Of a DNA stretch of 24,593 bases, positions 8,505 through 17,293 are shown one piece after another. Every line of letters starts with the position of its first letter. Positions within the stretch are counted from its first letter, which is position 1. The notes below the pieces were generated by a model that worked only from the letters and a program-made list of their open reading frames with translations, had not been told where the DNA came from and did no database searches. Both the position numbers and the translations under genes were made by a program. Origin of the DNA: Calditrichia bacterium (lineage in GTDB: Bacteria > Calditrichota > Calditrichia > RBG-13-44-9); contig JARRQT010000120.1 of assembly GCA_037381445.1 (NCBI GenBank), positions 1 through 24,593 on the forward strand, written 5' to 3'.

Positions 8505-10670
8505 ATGAAATATAAAGCAACAAAGTTCAGCGTTTTTATCCCGTTTTTGGCAGTCCTGTTGTTTGTCGGTTTCGCGCAGGCCCAATTTCCCGGTACCGGC
8601 ACTTTAACCGGTCAGGTGACGCTGGAATCGACTGGCGAACCGCTGGCGCATCTTGTTCTGACGGTCTCCAATAATCTTCTTCCCATTCCAATACCCGTAA
8701 TGACTGACTCGGCCGGATACTATGATATGAGCCTGATGAAAGGCACCTACACCATTTCACTGCTCGATACGAGTCTCTATCAACAGTTGAATTTGACTGA
8801 TGTGGTAATCACAAGCGGAGAGACAACCGTGCAGAATATCTCGGTTACACGTAAACCGCCGGATGCGATGATCAAAGGGAATGTTACTTTGGGCGGAGAG
8901 CCCGTTGAAGGCGCGAAAGTCCAGTTGATCCGGATACCAAGTATAGATTTCTCAAATGAATTGAAGAAAGCTGACGGGTTGAGTCTGGTAGCCTATTCCA
9001 CAACCACGGATGCCAACGGAGATTTCTCGCTTGACATTGTCCATGGAAATTACTTCTTATACATCCCATACGGAGAGAAATATTTTCCTTACTGGAGCTC
9101 TGAACTATATGTGGCTGCCGGGGATACTATCAATCTGTCCATTGATTTGACGTCCAATAATTTTGTCAAGATTACCGGAACGGTCTATAATTTTGAAATG
9201 TTCGATATGGTGTTTTTTGCAGCGACCCGCGTGGATTCCACCTTCCGGTCATCTTCGTTCCTGGCGGATACTTCCGGCAACTACAAAATTAATGTGCTGT
9301 CCGGCCAGTATCTTCTGAGCTGCACCGGAATATTGAACGGCACGCCCTATACGCTTTATTATGGTGATGTTCTGTCCCCGGATGAAGCGACTATTGTGGA
9401 TGCCGCAAAGGACACCAGCGGCATCGATTTTGCCTTTCCTTCCAATCTTGGAATCTCTCAAATTACCGTAACGGGCCGGGTGATGGATGCGGAAACAAGT
9501 GAGCCCATTGAAGGCGCAAAGGTGAGATTCGAGGGAGAGAATATCGGATTTAACTATCATGACACCCTGCATCATTATCATTTGCCGGCAGTGATGACGG
9601 ATGCCGATGGATACTATACTGTTTCCGGTAAGACCTTCCTGGATAGTGTGACGGTTATTGGGTATGCCAAGAAAGATGGCTATTTTGCTCAATTCTATGA
9701 TGATCAATCATCATTCTTCAGCGCCACACCCATTACCATTCTGGCGGGCGACACTGCCAAAGGAATCGACTTCAGCTTAACTCCTGTTACCTCTGCCAAC
9801 ACCTACAGCATTTCCGGTATGGTTCTGGGCGAGGATGGACAAGCTCCGGACTACGGCGCGGTGATTGCACACTATGGGGATGAATGCAAATACGCGGAAA
9901 CCGATGCCGAAGGCAAATACCAGATTGACGGATTACCGCAAGACGCCAAGGTGATTCTGCAGGCTTGGGGATTCCCGGGATATATTCCCATTTTCTACGA
10001 CAACGCCTATAGCTGGAAAGATGCCACGATCATCACAATGGATGCCGACAAAACCATAGATTTTACATTACCAACGAACAATCTTTCCAATTCTATTGGT
10101 ATGATCAGTGGGAAGGTGACTGTGTCAAACCAGCTGCAGGGAGATATTACGCTGCTGGTTAAAAAGGCCGACACTGACAACTGGTATTCTGCTGATTATG
10201 CCGATGCCAAAGGGCAGTTCAATTTGCCGATAGAGTCTTTTGGTCAATATGATCTGTTAGCCACGGCTCCCGGTTACGAAAATTATATGACCAGTGTGGA
10301 TGTAAATAATAGTACCGGATTATACGTCAAAAATCTCGAGATAACACTGGATCCGACCTCCATCGGCGGAGAGAATACCGGCAATGTGATTCGCTCTAAT
10401 GTTCTCTATTCGGCATATCCCAATCCCTTTAATCCAAGCACCACCATTAAAGTAGCGATGGCCAAGAATGAAAAGGTCTCTTTGTTTGTCTACAATGTGC
10501 TGGGTCAGAGAGTTAAAACCCTATTTGAGGGGAATCTAAAGGAAGGGGCACATGAATTCAGATGGGACGGAAAGGATGACAGGAACCAGAGCGTGGCTTC
10601 CGGATTGTATTTTTACCAGTTGAAAACGGAAACCAACATCCAGACCAAAAATGTGATCTTTATGAAGTAG
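8505..10670 (+). CDS. T9SS-sorted surface protein of repeated carboxypeptidase-regulatory-like (Cna-B/prealbumin-fold) domains
   Basis: Signal peptide AQA|Q; about six G-x-V...TD-x-x-G-x-Y repeats; C-terminal AYPNPFNPSTTI...WDGKD...SGLYFY. No catalytic motif recognised. Confidence 0.85.
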   Translation: MKYKATKFSVFIPFLAVLLFVGFAQAQFPGTGTLTGQVTLESTGEPLAHLVLTVSNNLLPIPIPVMTDSAGYYDMSLMKGTYTISLLDTSLYQQLNLTDVVITSGETTVQNISVTRKPPDAMIKGNVTLGGEPVEGAKVQLIRIPSIDFSNELKKADGLSLVAYSTTTDANGDFSLDIVHGNYFLYIPYGEKYFPYWSSELYVAAGDTINLSIDLTSNNFVKITGTVYNFEMFDMVFFAATRVDSTFRSSSFLADTSGNYKINVLSGQYLLSCTGILNGTPYTLYYGDVLSPDEATIVDAAKDTSGIDFAFPSNLGISQITVTGRVMDAETSEPIEGAKVRFEGENIGFNYHDTLHHYHLPAVMTDADGYYTVSGKTFLDSVTVIGYAKKDGYFAQFYDDQSSFFSATPITILAGDTAKGIDFSLTPVTSANTYSISGMVLGEDGQAPDYGAVIAHYGDECKYAETDAEGKYQIDGLPQDAKVILQAWGFPGYIPIFYDNAYSWKDATIITMDADKTIDFTLPTNNLSNSIGMISGKVTVSNQLQGDITLLVKKADTDNWYSADYADAKGQFNLPIESFGQYDLLATAPGYENYMTSVDVNNSTGLYVKNLEITLDPTSIGGENTGNVIRSNVLYSAYPNPFNPSTTIKVAMAKNEKVSLFVYNVLGQRVKTLFEGNLKEGAHEFRWDGKDDRNQSVASGLYFYQLKTETNIQTKNVIFMK

Positions 10671-10716
10671 CGTGATAATTATTGCGATACCGATTCGGTT
10701 CCGGATGCGAGCAAAA

Positions 10717-10751
10717 GCCCCGGGTGAATGATTACCCGGGGCAATTTTTTT
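10717..10751 (+). terminator. Rho-independent terminator
   Basis: Stem GCCCCGGGT/ACCCGGGGC followed by AA and a T-run, downstream of the stop at 10670. Confidence 0.85.
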
Positions 10752-10843
10752 GTGCTGAAAGAAATGCCGTTACCGCAATTTCTGTGGTCAGAGAATTCCG
10801 ATTTTAAGGAATCATGTTGATAAGGTAATTGCACAAACGTCAT

Positions 10844-10883
10844 AAAAAAAGTGACCGCAACATAAGGGATTTGTTACGGTCAC
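10844..10883 (-). terminator. Rho-independent terminator of tRNA-Asp
   Basis: Minus strand GTGACCGTAACA-loop-TGTTGCGGTCAC-TTTTTTT. Confidence 0.85.
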
Positions 10884-10891
10884 TCTGGGAG

Positions 10892-10965
<74 letters not shown>

Positions 10966-10982
10966 GTTGTTAAAGCGCGAAA

Positions 10983-11011
10983 AATATATTTTAATTCAGG
11001 CTTAAAATCAA
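10983..11011 (-). promoter_or_regulatory. sigma70-type promoter of tRNA-Asp
   Basis: TTGATT-N17-TATATT, overlapping the end of the upstream CDS. Confidence 0.7.
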
Positions 11012-13378
11012 GTCTTTTTTTAGTTTGTTTGGCCGCCAATTCAGGTCGACCGCATAGATTTTGCCGGCCGAACTCAGGACATAAGCCCGGTCCCCCTGAA
11101 TCCGGAAATTAATGGCCGTCCACAGCAGCGGATATCTCTCCGTCATCTTTTTGTTTTCAAGACAGGTAATATAGTCTGGTTCTAATAAATAAATTTTACT
11201 TCCCTGAATGCTTATATCTTTGATATTGGCCGCGTTTTCATATTGCAGGGATATGTTTCCCGATTTGGCAAAGATGACAATTTTATTGTTAGTGCTATAT
11301 GCAATTCCCGGGAATATTTTTGAAGCCTTCGCCATTCTCGAAAATCTTAAATCCCCCCACCGTCCTTCAAATATCTCGTTTTTAGTCGTGGAAACATAAA
11401 TGCGGCCATGAGAGACATTTAAAATTTGAAATATTGTACCGTTCCTATTCTCCTTAAAATCATATTTGCGGGAAGACAATTTGTTCGATTCGGTATCATA
11501 AAAATAGAACATAGCGGGAGTAAAAAAACAGACTGTATTATCATAGATGAAGGGATCCGAGATTAATTCATTTGAATCAAAAATCTTCTGTACGGATTTC
11601 TTTTTAATATCAATGAATTCCAATCTGCTTGGATTATAATCTGATTTTCTGAAGTAGGCTATCATGCTGCTGTCCGAATATTTGTAAAACTGCGGCTCAA
11701 TGCGAAAGTCGGTTTTCGAAGGCAGCCGCATCTCCTCTTCCTTTTTGTCCAGATTGAGCAATCCATATGAACAACTCCCCGATGGAGATTTGCATTCCGA
11801 ATAAGCCAGCATACGGGGAGTAAGCGCGAGGCCCTTGAAATGATAGAGATAGGAGTATTTCCAGATAATATCGCCGGTTTCCAGATCCAGTTTCACCAGC
11901 TCGTTTTTGCGAAACCACTTTGAATCCGTAAAAAGAATGCCGTCCCGTAAGACCTCAAGCAAGCGGTGGCCCTCGGCAAGGTCGACATTTCTTGACCAGA
12001 TATAAAGACCACTGTTAAACAGGTCATTCTCAATGGCGATTTTGTTTGCGTTGTCTTCCGGCAAAAGACTGAAAGCCTTTAAGAAACAGTCGGCAGCGCG
12101 GCTGTATTCTTCCCTCCTGAAAAAAGTTTTGCCCTGCAAAATGATGCTGGGAGCGCTGTTGGGCTGGAATTCGGTAAGTACCTTCCCGCTGATATCCATC
12201 GCATTATCATAATCTCCCAGTTCATAATAACTTTGGGCGATATAATCATAGATATTGGCGATATGAAGGGGATTGCGCCGGATAAAAGCATCGATGTCCA
12301 GGCTCTTAAAATGGCCGTTCCTAACAAAATACACATGATTATTCTGATAATAAAAACGGAAGTATCTTTTAGATTGGTAAGGGTAGAATCCCAGCAATTT
12401 CCGGGTTGCGGGTTGATAAAAGATTAACCTCTTATTTCCCCTATCATTCAAAATGGCGATGTTTCTTTTTACCGAATAATAATAATTTCCTAATTTAACG
12501 CCTAAAAGATTTTTGTCTATTTGAAAAATATTGGAGGCGTCGCTGGCGATAAAAAAATCCCTGGTATTGATCAAAATCTGCGAAATATCCGATTTGGTCT
12601 CAAATGAATGAACGGATGGTGGTTCATCCACCCTGAGGTCCATCAATATATTCTTTGTTTTATTATATAAAAATACTTCTCCTTTAAAAAAGTCCAATTT
12701 TGCCTCAATAGCTTTATATTCTCCTGCCAAAGATCGAATCGCGAATTTTGCCGTTTGGGTCAAATTTCTATTTTTCCCAAATTCATAAACATGCAGGCAG
12801 GTATCGGGCTGGATCACCAACAGAGCATTTTTATAGATTATAGTCTTGTTATTTCGAGAGGTGCCAAATTCAAAAGCATAATTATCATTTTTTAATAATG
12901 GAATGTCAGCAATTTTTTTCCAGTTCAGCAAATCCACCACCGCGACCCTGGTCGTATCTCCATTGGTGTATAAAAAATAATCCTTATACAATTGGGGAAA
13001 TTTTTTCTTGCCGGGCATTGTGGCAATTTTATCGTGGATCTGCTGGATAGTGAAGTTTTTTAAATCCACCAGGTATGTTGCTGATAAATCCCGGGTTGAC
13101 AAAATTAATTTGTCTTGCTGTGACGTCAAATATAGCGATCGATATTTGACGTCATTTGAATATGGGATGTCTATTGATGAGACAACTTTGTTTTTCGTCG
13201 CTTCAAGTTTTACGAGCTTTTTAGAATCAGGATTGATAAGATAAAAAAATGGAAGGTCCACAAAAAAAGGATAACTGTACTTGCCTATCATTGACCATTT
13301 TTCAGTATGAAAACTGGTTTGCAGCATCCATCTGGTTTTCAACAAAATATTCCGGTTTTTCCATCTTACCAATATCAT
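10991..13378 (-). CDS. Beta-propeller (PQQ/BamB-like) plus TPR protein, probable C-terminal part of the preceding kinase
   Basis: Blade motifs LVKLDLETGDIIWKY and GKIYAVDL; TPR IAQSYYELGDYDNAM. No signal peptide, and the first ~20 codons overlap a foreign-looking segment. Confidence 0.7.
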   Translation of the reverse strand: MILVRWKNRNILLKTRWMLQTSFHTEKWSMIGKYSYPFFVDLPFFYLINPDSKKLVKLEATKNKVVSSIDIPYSNDVKYRSLYLTSQQDKLILSTRDLSATYLVDLKNFTIQQIHDKIATMPGKKKFPQLYKDYFLYTNGDTTRVAVVDLLNWKKIADIPLLKNDNYAFEFGTSRNNKTIIYKNALLVIQPDTCLHVYEFGKNRNLTQTAKFAIRSLAGEYKAIEAKLDFFKGEVFLYNKTKNILMDLRVDEPPSVHSFETKSDISQILINTRDFFIASDASNIFQIDKNLLGVKLGNYYYSVKRNIAILNDRGNKRLIFYQPATRKLLGFYPYQSKRYFRFYYQNNHVYFVRNGHFKSLDIDAFIRRNPLHIANIYDYIAQSYYELGDYDNAMDISGKVLTEFQPNSAPSIILQGKTFFRREEYSRAADCFLKAFSLLPEDNANKIAIENDLFNSGLYIWSRNVDLAEGHRLLEVLRDGILFTDSKWFRKNELVKLDLETGDIIWKYSYLYHFKGLALTPRMLAYSECKSPSGSCSYGLLNLDKKEEEMRLPSKTDFRIEPQFYKYSDSSMIAYFRKSDYNPSRLEFIDIKKKSVQKIFDSNELISDPFIYDNTVCFFTPAMFYFYDTESNKLSSRKYDFKENRNGTIFQILNVSHGRIYVSTTKNEIFEGRWGDLRFSRMAKASKIFPGIAYSTNNKIVIFAKSGNISLQYENAANIKDISIQGSKIYLLEPDYITCLENKKMTERYPLLWTAINFRIQGDRAYVLSSAGKIYAVDLNWRPNKLKKDLILSLN

Positions 13379-15108
13379 GATAATAACTGAGACCCGGAAT
13401 TGACAAGCTGGAATATATTATCGCTTCTTTTATGAAAAAGGTAAAGTCCGGATGGCACCAGATTGTTGTTCTTGCGGGTCATTATGGTAATATACCTTTT
13501 ATCTCCATCGTGTTTACTAAGAACCTGAGTCTCCCAGTCAATGGCATTTTGTTTACCTGCCTCGGGAAGGGCATCGTAAAATTCTTTTAGTGCATCGCGG
13601 TATCGCTGCAGGTTAAACAGGGACAAACCTTTATAGTAATGGGCCTGGGCGAAAAAGGGATTAATGGATAGCGCTTCATTAAAATTGTTGATGGCAAATT
13701 GATAATATTTCTCCTTAAACTGATAGAGCCCATGGGAGAAATAACGGAAAGTAAGCAAATTCTTTTGAATATCCTCAGGTGGATTTTTAAGAATAACTTT
13801 CTTATCTATCAAAAATTTAAATATACCTGAAAGTAATTTATTGCTGACCCAGAAGATGTCATCAAAATTTTTCCAGTTCAGAGATGAGTTGTAACGGCGG
13901 GAATTGTCCGAGTTGCTTAAATCATACTTTATTTTATAACTGTCATTCTCCTTGACCAGGTCAATTTGCAGGCTGTTTTCGGCATTATTGGATGTGCCGC
14001 TGGTGTCAAGTGTTGTTTCGATAACCGGCTTTTTTAAAATAACATCCAGGCCGGAAACGCGCTCCAGTTGGTCCTGCAAGACCTCGATCAGGCCCAGCAA
14101 GCGGGTCTGGGTGGTCATGTCCTGTTCATTGGGAGTTTTATAATCAATGCTCAACCGGGTGGGTTTCGGAAGGGAAATCTCTTCAATGGACTTCACCGGT
14201 TCCGGTGCCTTCTGAATTTTAATGAACAGGAATGTCAAAACGGCGAAAATAACAACGAAAATAGAAAGATTGGTCCAGATGGCTTTAGGTGAAATTCCGG
14301 GTTTTTCGCGAATGTCGCTGAGTTCTACGGCATTGAGGTCCGATAACAAGACTTTTGCGGAAGTGTATCTGGATTTCGGTTCCTTTTCCAGACAGCGCAA
14401 AATGATGTCGCCCAGGATTGCCGGAAGTTTTTTATTTAATTGATTCGGGGACCTGGGGATGTCATGCATAATCGCATAAATCTGCGCCGACTGATGGCTT
14501 TTTTCGAATGGGGATATTCCGGTAAACAGTCTGTAAAGAATATTTCCAAGGGCATAGATATCGGTCTGTTCCGTATTCGGGGAACCGATAATCTTCTCCG
14601 GCGCTATGTAGGGAAAGGTGCCTGAGATCGACAGGGTGTCAGCCGGCGTCGAAATGAGGCCGGCCAGCCCAAAATCCAGCAGCTTGGGTTTCCCCTGCGG
14701 TGTGATGATGATATTGCTGGGTTTCAGGTCCCCATGAACCAGATTATACTGATGGGCGTCCGCAACAATTTCTATTATCTGACGGGCCAATCTGAGGGCA
14801 AACGGGATATCTATCCTGTGGGTTTTCAGGAAGTGCTCCAGGGAATCCCCTTCCACATATTCCATGACAATGCAGGTACCGGAGGGGTTTTCCAGAACAT
14901 CATAGATTGTTACGATTCCGGGGTGCTGCAACTGGCTGGCAAGCCGTGCTTCTTTCAGGATTTTCTCGCGGCTGAGGTTCTCATCGGTCAAAAATTTGAG
15001 CGCTACCTTGCGGCCCAGCCGTTTGTCCTCCGCAAGATAGACAATGCCCATGCCTCCCCGGCCCAGTTCGCGGAGAATCTGGAAATGTTCAATGGTTTTA
15101 CCTGACAT
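13375..15108 (-). CDS. Membrane-anchored Hanks Ser/Thr kinase (non-RD) with extracytoplasmic TPR repeats
   Basis: GRGGMGIVY, VALKFL, HGDLKPSN, DFGLA, GTFPYIAPE; TM helix LSIFVVIFAVLTFLFI; TPR AQAHYYKGLSLFNLQRYRDAL. Confidence 0.92.
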   Translation of the reverse strand: MSGKTIEHFQILRELGRGGMGIVYLAEDKRLGRKVALKFLTDENLSREKILKEARLASQLQHPGIVTIYDVLENPSGTCIVMEYVEGDSLEHFLKTHRIDIPFALRLARQIIEIVADAHQYNLVHGDLKPSNIIITPQGKPKLLDFGLAGLISTPADTLSISGTFPYIAPEKIIGSPNTEQTDIYALGNILYRLFTGISPFEKSHQSAQIYAIMHDIPRSPNQLNKKLPAILGDIILRCLEKEPKSRYTSAKVLLSDLNAVELSDIREKPGISPKAIWTNLSIFVVIFAVLTFLFIKIQKAPEPVKSIEEISLPKPTRLSIDYKTPNEQDMTTQTRLLGLIEVLQDQLERVSGLDVILKKPVIETTLDTSGTSNNAENSLQIDLVKENDSYKIKYDLSNSDNSRRYNSSLNWKNFDDIFWVSNKLLSGIFKFLIDKKVILKNPPEDIQKNLLTFRYFSHGLYQFKEKYYQFAINNFNEALSINPFFAQAHYYKGLSLFNLQRYRDALKEFYDALPEAGKQNAIDWETQVLSKHDGDKRYITIMTRKNNNLVPSGLYLFHKRSDNIFQLVNSGSQLLS

Positions 15109-15139
15109 CAAAATCCGGAATCACAGTTAAAAAAATCCA

Positions 15140-16045
15140 TTATTTGTATACCGCTCCGCTCATATACCCGACAACCTTGGTTTTTTCCCCGAGCGGGACA
15201 TCGCCGGAGGTAGCGTATTTAATCACTTTACTTTTGGAATATCCCAGTTTGGAGCAGGCATACATCATTGCCGCAATCGGCCCGTAACCGCAGGCCTCGA
15301 TCTGCCGGGCCTCGCAGTCTTCCACCAGCTTCTGATACTTGAAAGAAGCAAAAAGATCGAGCAGCTCGTGGTCCAGTTTGTACGCCGTATTGTAGGAGTG
15401 ATAGTGGGAGAGGTCCGAAGAAGCCACGATGAGGAAATTTTTGCCCTTCAGTACATCGGACAGGGCCTCGCCCAGATCTTTCACCGCGTACCAGTTTTGA
15501 TCCGCAACAACAATAGGAACCAGCCGGAAATTTCCCAATACCCGCTGCAGAAACGGCAATTGAACCTCCAGGGAATGCTCTCCCCGGCCGGAGAAGCTGA
15601 TGTGATGCCCCTTTTCGGAAATCTGCACGTGCGGTGAAATATCGGCAAGCTGCCGGACAATATCCTGCGCGACCGGGATTTTGCCCAGCGGCGTGCTGTA
15701 GTATTCCCCCCCGAAAACAGAAGCGCCGCGGAATGGCTCAAAATGCGAGGGCGCGATAACAACCACCACATCATAATTCCTGCCCTGGATCTGACGGTAA
15801 GACCAGGCGGCCACCGGCCCTGAATAGACATAACCGGCATGAGGTGAGACCAATCCCGCGATTTCTCCCTCAACCACGACCCCGGCTTTTGACAAATACT
15901 CATCGATCGTCTGATTCAGGATTTTGGGATCATCCGGATAAAACATCCCCGCAACAGCGGGTTCCCTGACCGGGGCGGGATTTTGGGCATTCAGCCACCC
16001 GCTCAAAAATAGTATCACCCAGATCACCTCCTTCATTGTTTTCAT
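15140..16045 (-). CDS. amrB: AmmeMemoRadiSam system protein B (MEMO1 family) with signal peptide
   Basis: VREPAVAGMFYP, SPHAGYVYSG, EHSLEVQLPFLQ, ASSDLSHY, ACGYGPI, YATSGD, VVGY. Confidence 0.95.
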   Translation of the reverse strand: MKTMKEVIWVILFLSGWLNAQNPAPVREPAVAGMFYPDDPKILNQTIDEYLSKAGVVVEGEIAGLVSPHAGYVYSGPVAAWSYRQIQGRNYDVVVVIAPSHFEPFRGASVFGGEYYSTPLGKIPVAQDIVRQLADISPHVQISEKGHHISFSGRGEHSLEVQLPFLQRVLGNFRLVPIVVADQNWYAVKDLGEALSDVLKGKNFLIVASSDLSHYHSYNTAYKLDHELLDLFASFKYQKLVEDCEARQIEACGYGPIAAMMYACSKLGYSKSKVIKYATSGDVPLGEKTKVVGYMSGAVYK

Positions 16046-16147
16046 TATTTAATTCCCCCTGATTAAAGCAAGAAACACCATAAACGATGAATATCCAATT
16101 ACAAAATATAATATTCCCGAAAAATCAGCAAATAAATATATTCTTTT

Positions 16148-17287
16148 TCAGGTCCAGATACCGGGAATAGAAGCACCGCAGTCCGGGCATTTTCCGTTTT
16201 CAAGCCGGTTCTCCATAATTAAGAAACCCTTGCGGCGAATGAGCGCCTTCTGACAATTGGGACAATAGGTGTTCTCTCCGGCGTGCCCGGGGACGTTTCC
16301 CACGTAAACATAGTGCAGACCTTCACCCAGCGCAATGTCCCGCGCCCTCTCCAGGGTCTTGAGCGGGGTGGGAGGCAGGTTCTGCATGCGGTACTGGGGA
16401 TAAAAGCGGGTAAAATGAACGGGCATATCCTTTCCCAGATTCCGGGCGATCCAGACGGAGAGCTGTTTCAGTTCCCGGTCCGAATCGTTCAGAGTTGGCA
16501 CCATCAGGTAAACGATTTCCGTCCAGATGCCCAATTTGCGCAGCAGGACCAGGGTATCCAAAACCGGTTTCAACTCGCCGGCGACGATTTCCCGGTAGTA
16601 TTTTTCGGTGAATGCTTTCAAATCTATTTTGACGGCAGTGAGAACTTTGGCCAGTTCCCGCATGGGCGCTTCCTGAATGTAGCCGTTGCTGATCATCACG
16701 CTGCGGATGTTCCGGTCATTCCCCTCGCGGGCGATATCATGCATATACTCGCTGAAAACCACCGGTTCGGAATAGGTACAGGCGATGACCGGTATGCGGT
16801 CGGTGCGGGCCATCTCTGCAATTTCTTTGGGGGAGAGGTCAAAATTGTCCACCTGTTCCGGACGGGTCTGGGAAATCTGCCAGTTCTGACAAAACTTGCA
16901 GTCCACATTGCATCCCACGGTTGCCAGGGAGAAAGCCGCCGCACCGGGAAGAAAATGAAAAAGCGGCTTCTTCTCGATGGGATCGATATGATAGGTGCAG
17001 GGATGGGAATAGACCAGGCTGTAATAGACGCCATCCCAATTCTCGCGGACGCCGCAATAGCCTCTTTCCCGGTCATCCACCACGCACTCCCGGGGACAAA
17101 GTTTGCATTTAACTTTTTTATAGGGCAGCTTCTCGTACCAGCGGGCTTCAAAGGCGCGGTCAACGCCCGGGGAAGCCGCGGCAAATAAATCCGGAGCGGG
17201 CAGCAGGGAGGCCAGCAGCGATCCGCCGCTCACTGCCGCGCAATTTTTGATGAATAAACGGCGCTCCGCATCATACGTTTTATTCAT
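16148..17287 (-). CDS. amrS: AmmeMemoRadiSam system radical SAM enzyme with twin-arginine-like leader
   Basis: CKLCPREC, DPIEKKPLFHFLPG, GCNVDCKFCQNWQISQ, YVYVGNVPG...TYCPNC; leader ERRLFIK...AAA. Confidence 0.95.
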   Translation of the reverse strand: MNKTYDAERRLFIKNCAAVSGGSLLASLLPAPDLFAAASPGVDRAFEARWYEKLPYKKVKCKLCPRECVVDDRERGYCGVRENWDGVYYSLVYSHPCTYHIDPIEKKPLFHFLPGAAAFSLATVGCNVDCKFCQNWQISQTRPEQVDNFDLSPKEIAEMARTDRIPVIACTYSEPVVFSEYMHDIAREGNDRNIRSVMISNGYIQEAPMRELAKVLTAVKIDLKAFTEKYYREIVAGELKPVLDTLVLLRKLGIWTEIVYLMVPTLNDSDRELKQLSVWIARNLGKDMPVHFTRFYPQYRMQNLPPTPLKTLERARDIALGEGLHYVYVGNVPGHAGENTYCPNCQKALIRRKGFLIMENRLENGKCPDCGASIPGIWT

Positions 17288-17293
17288 GATTGC

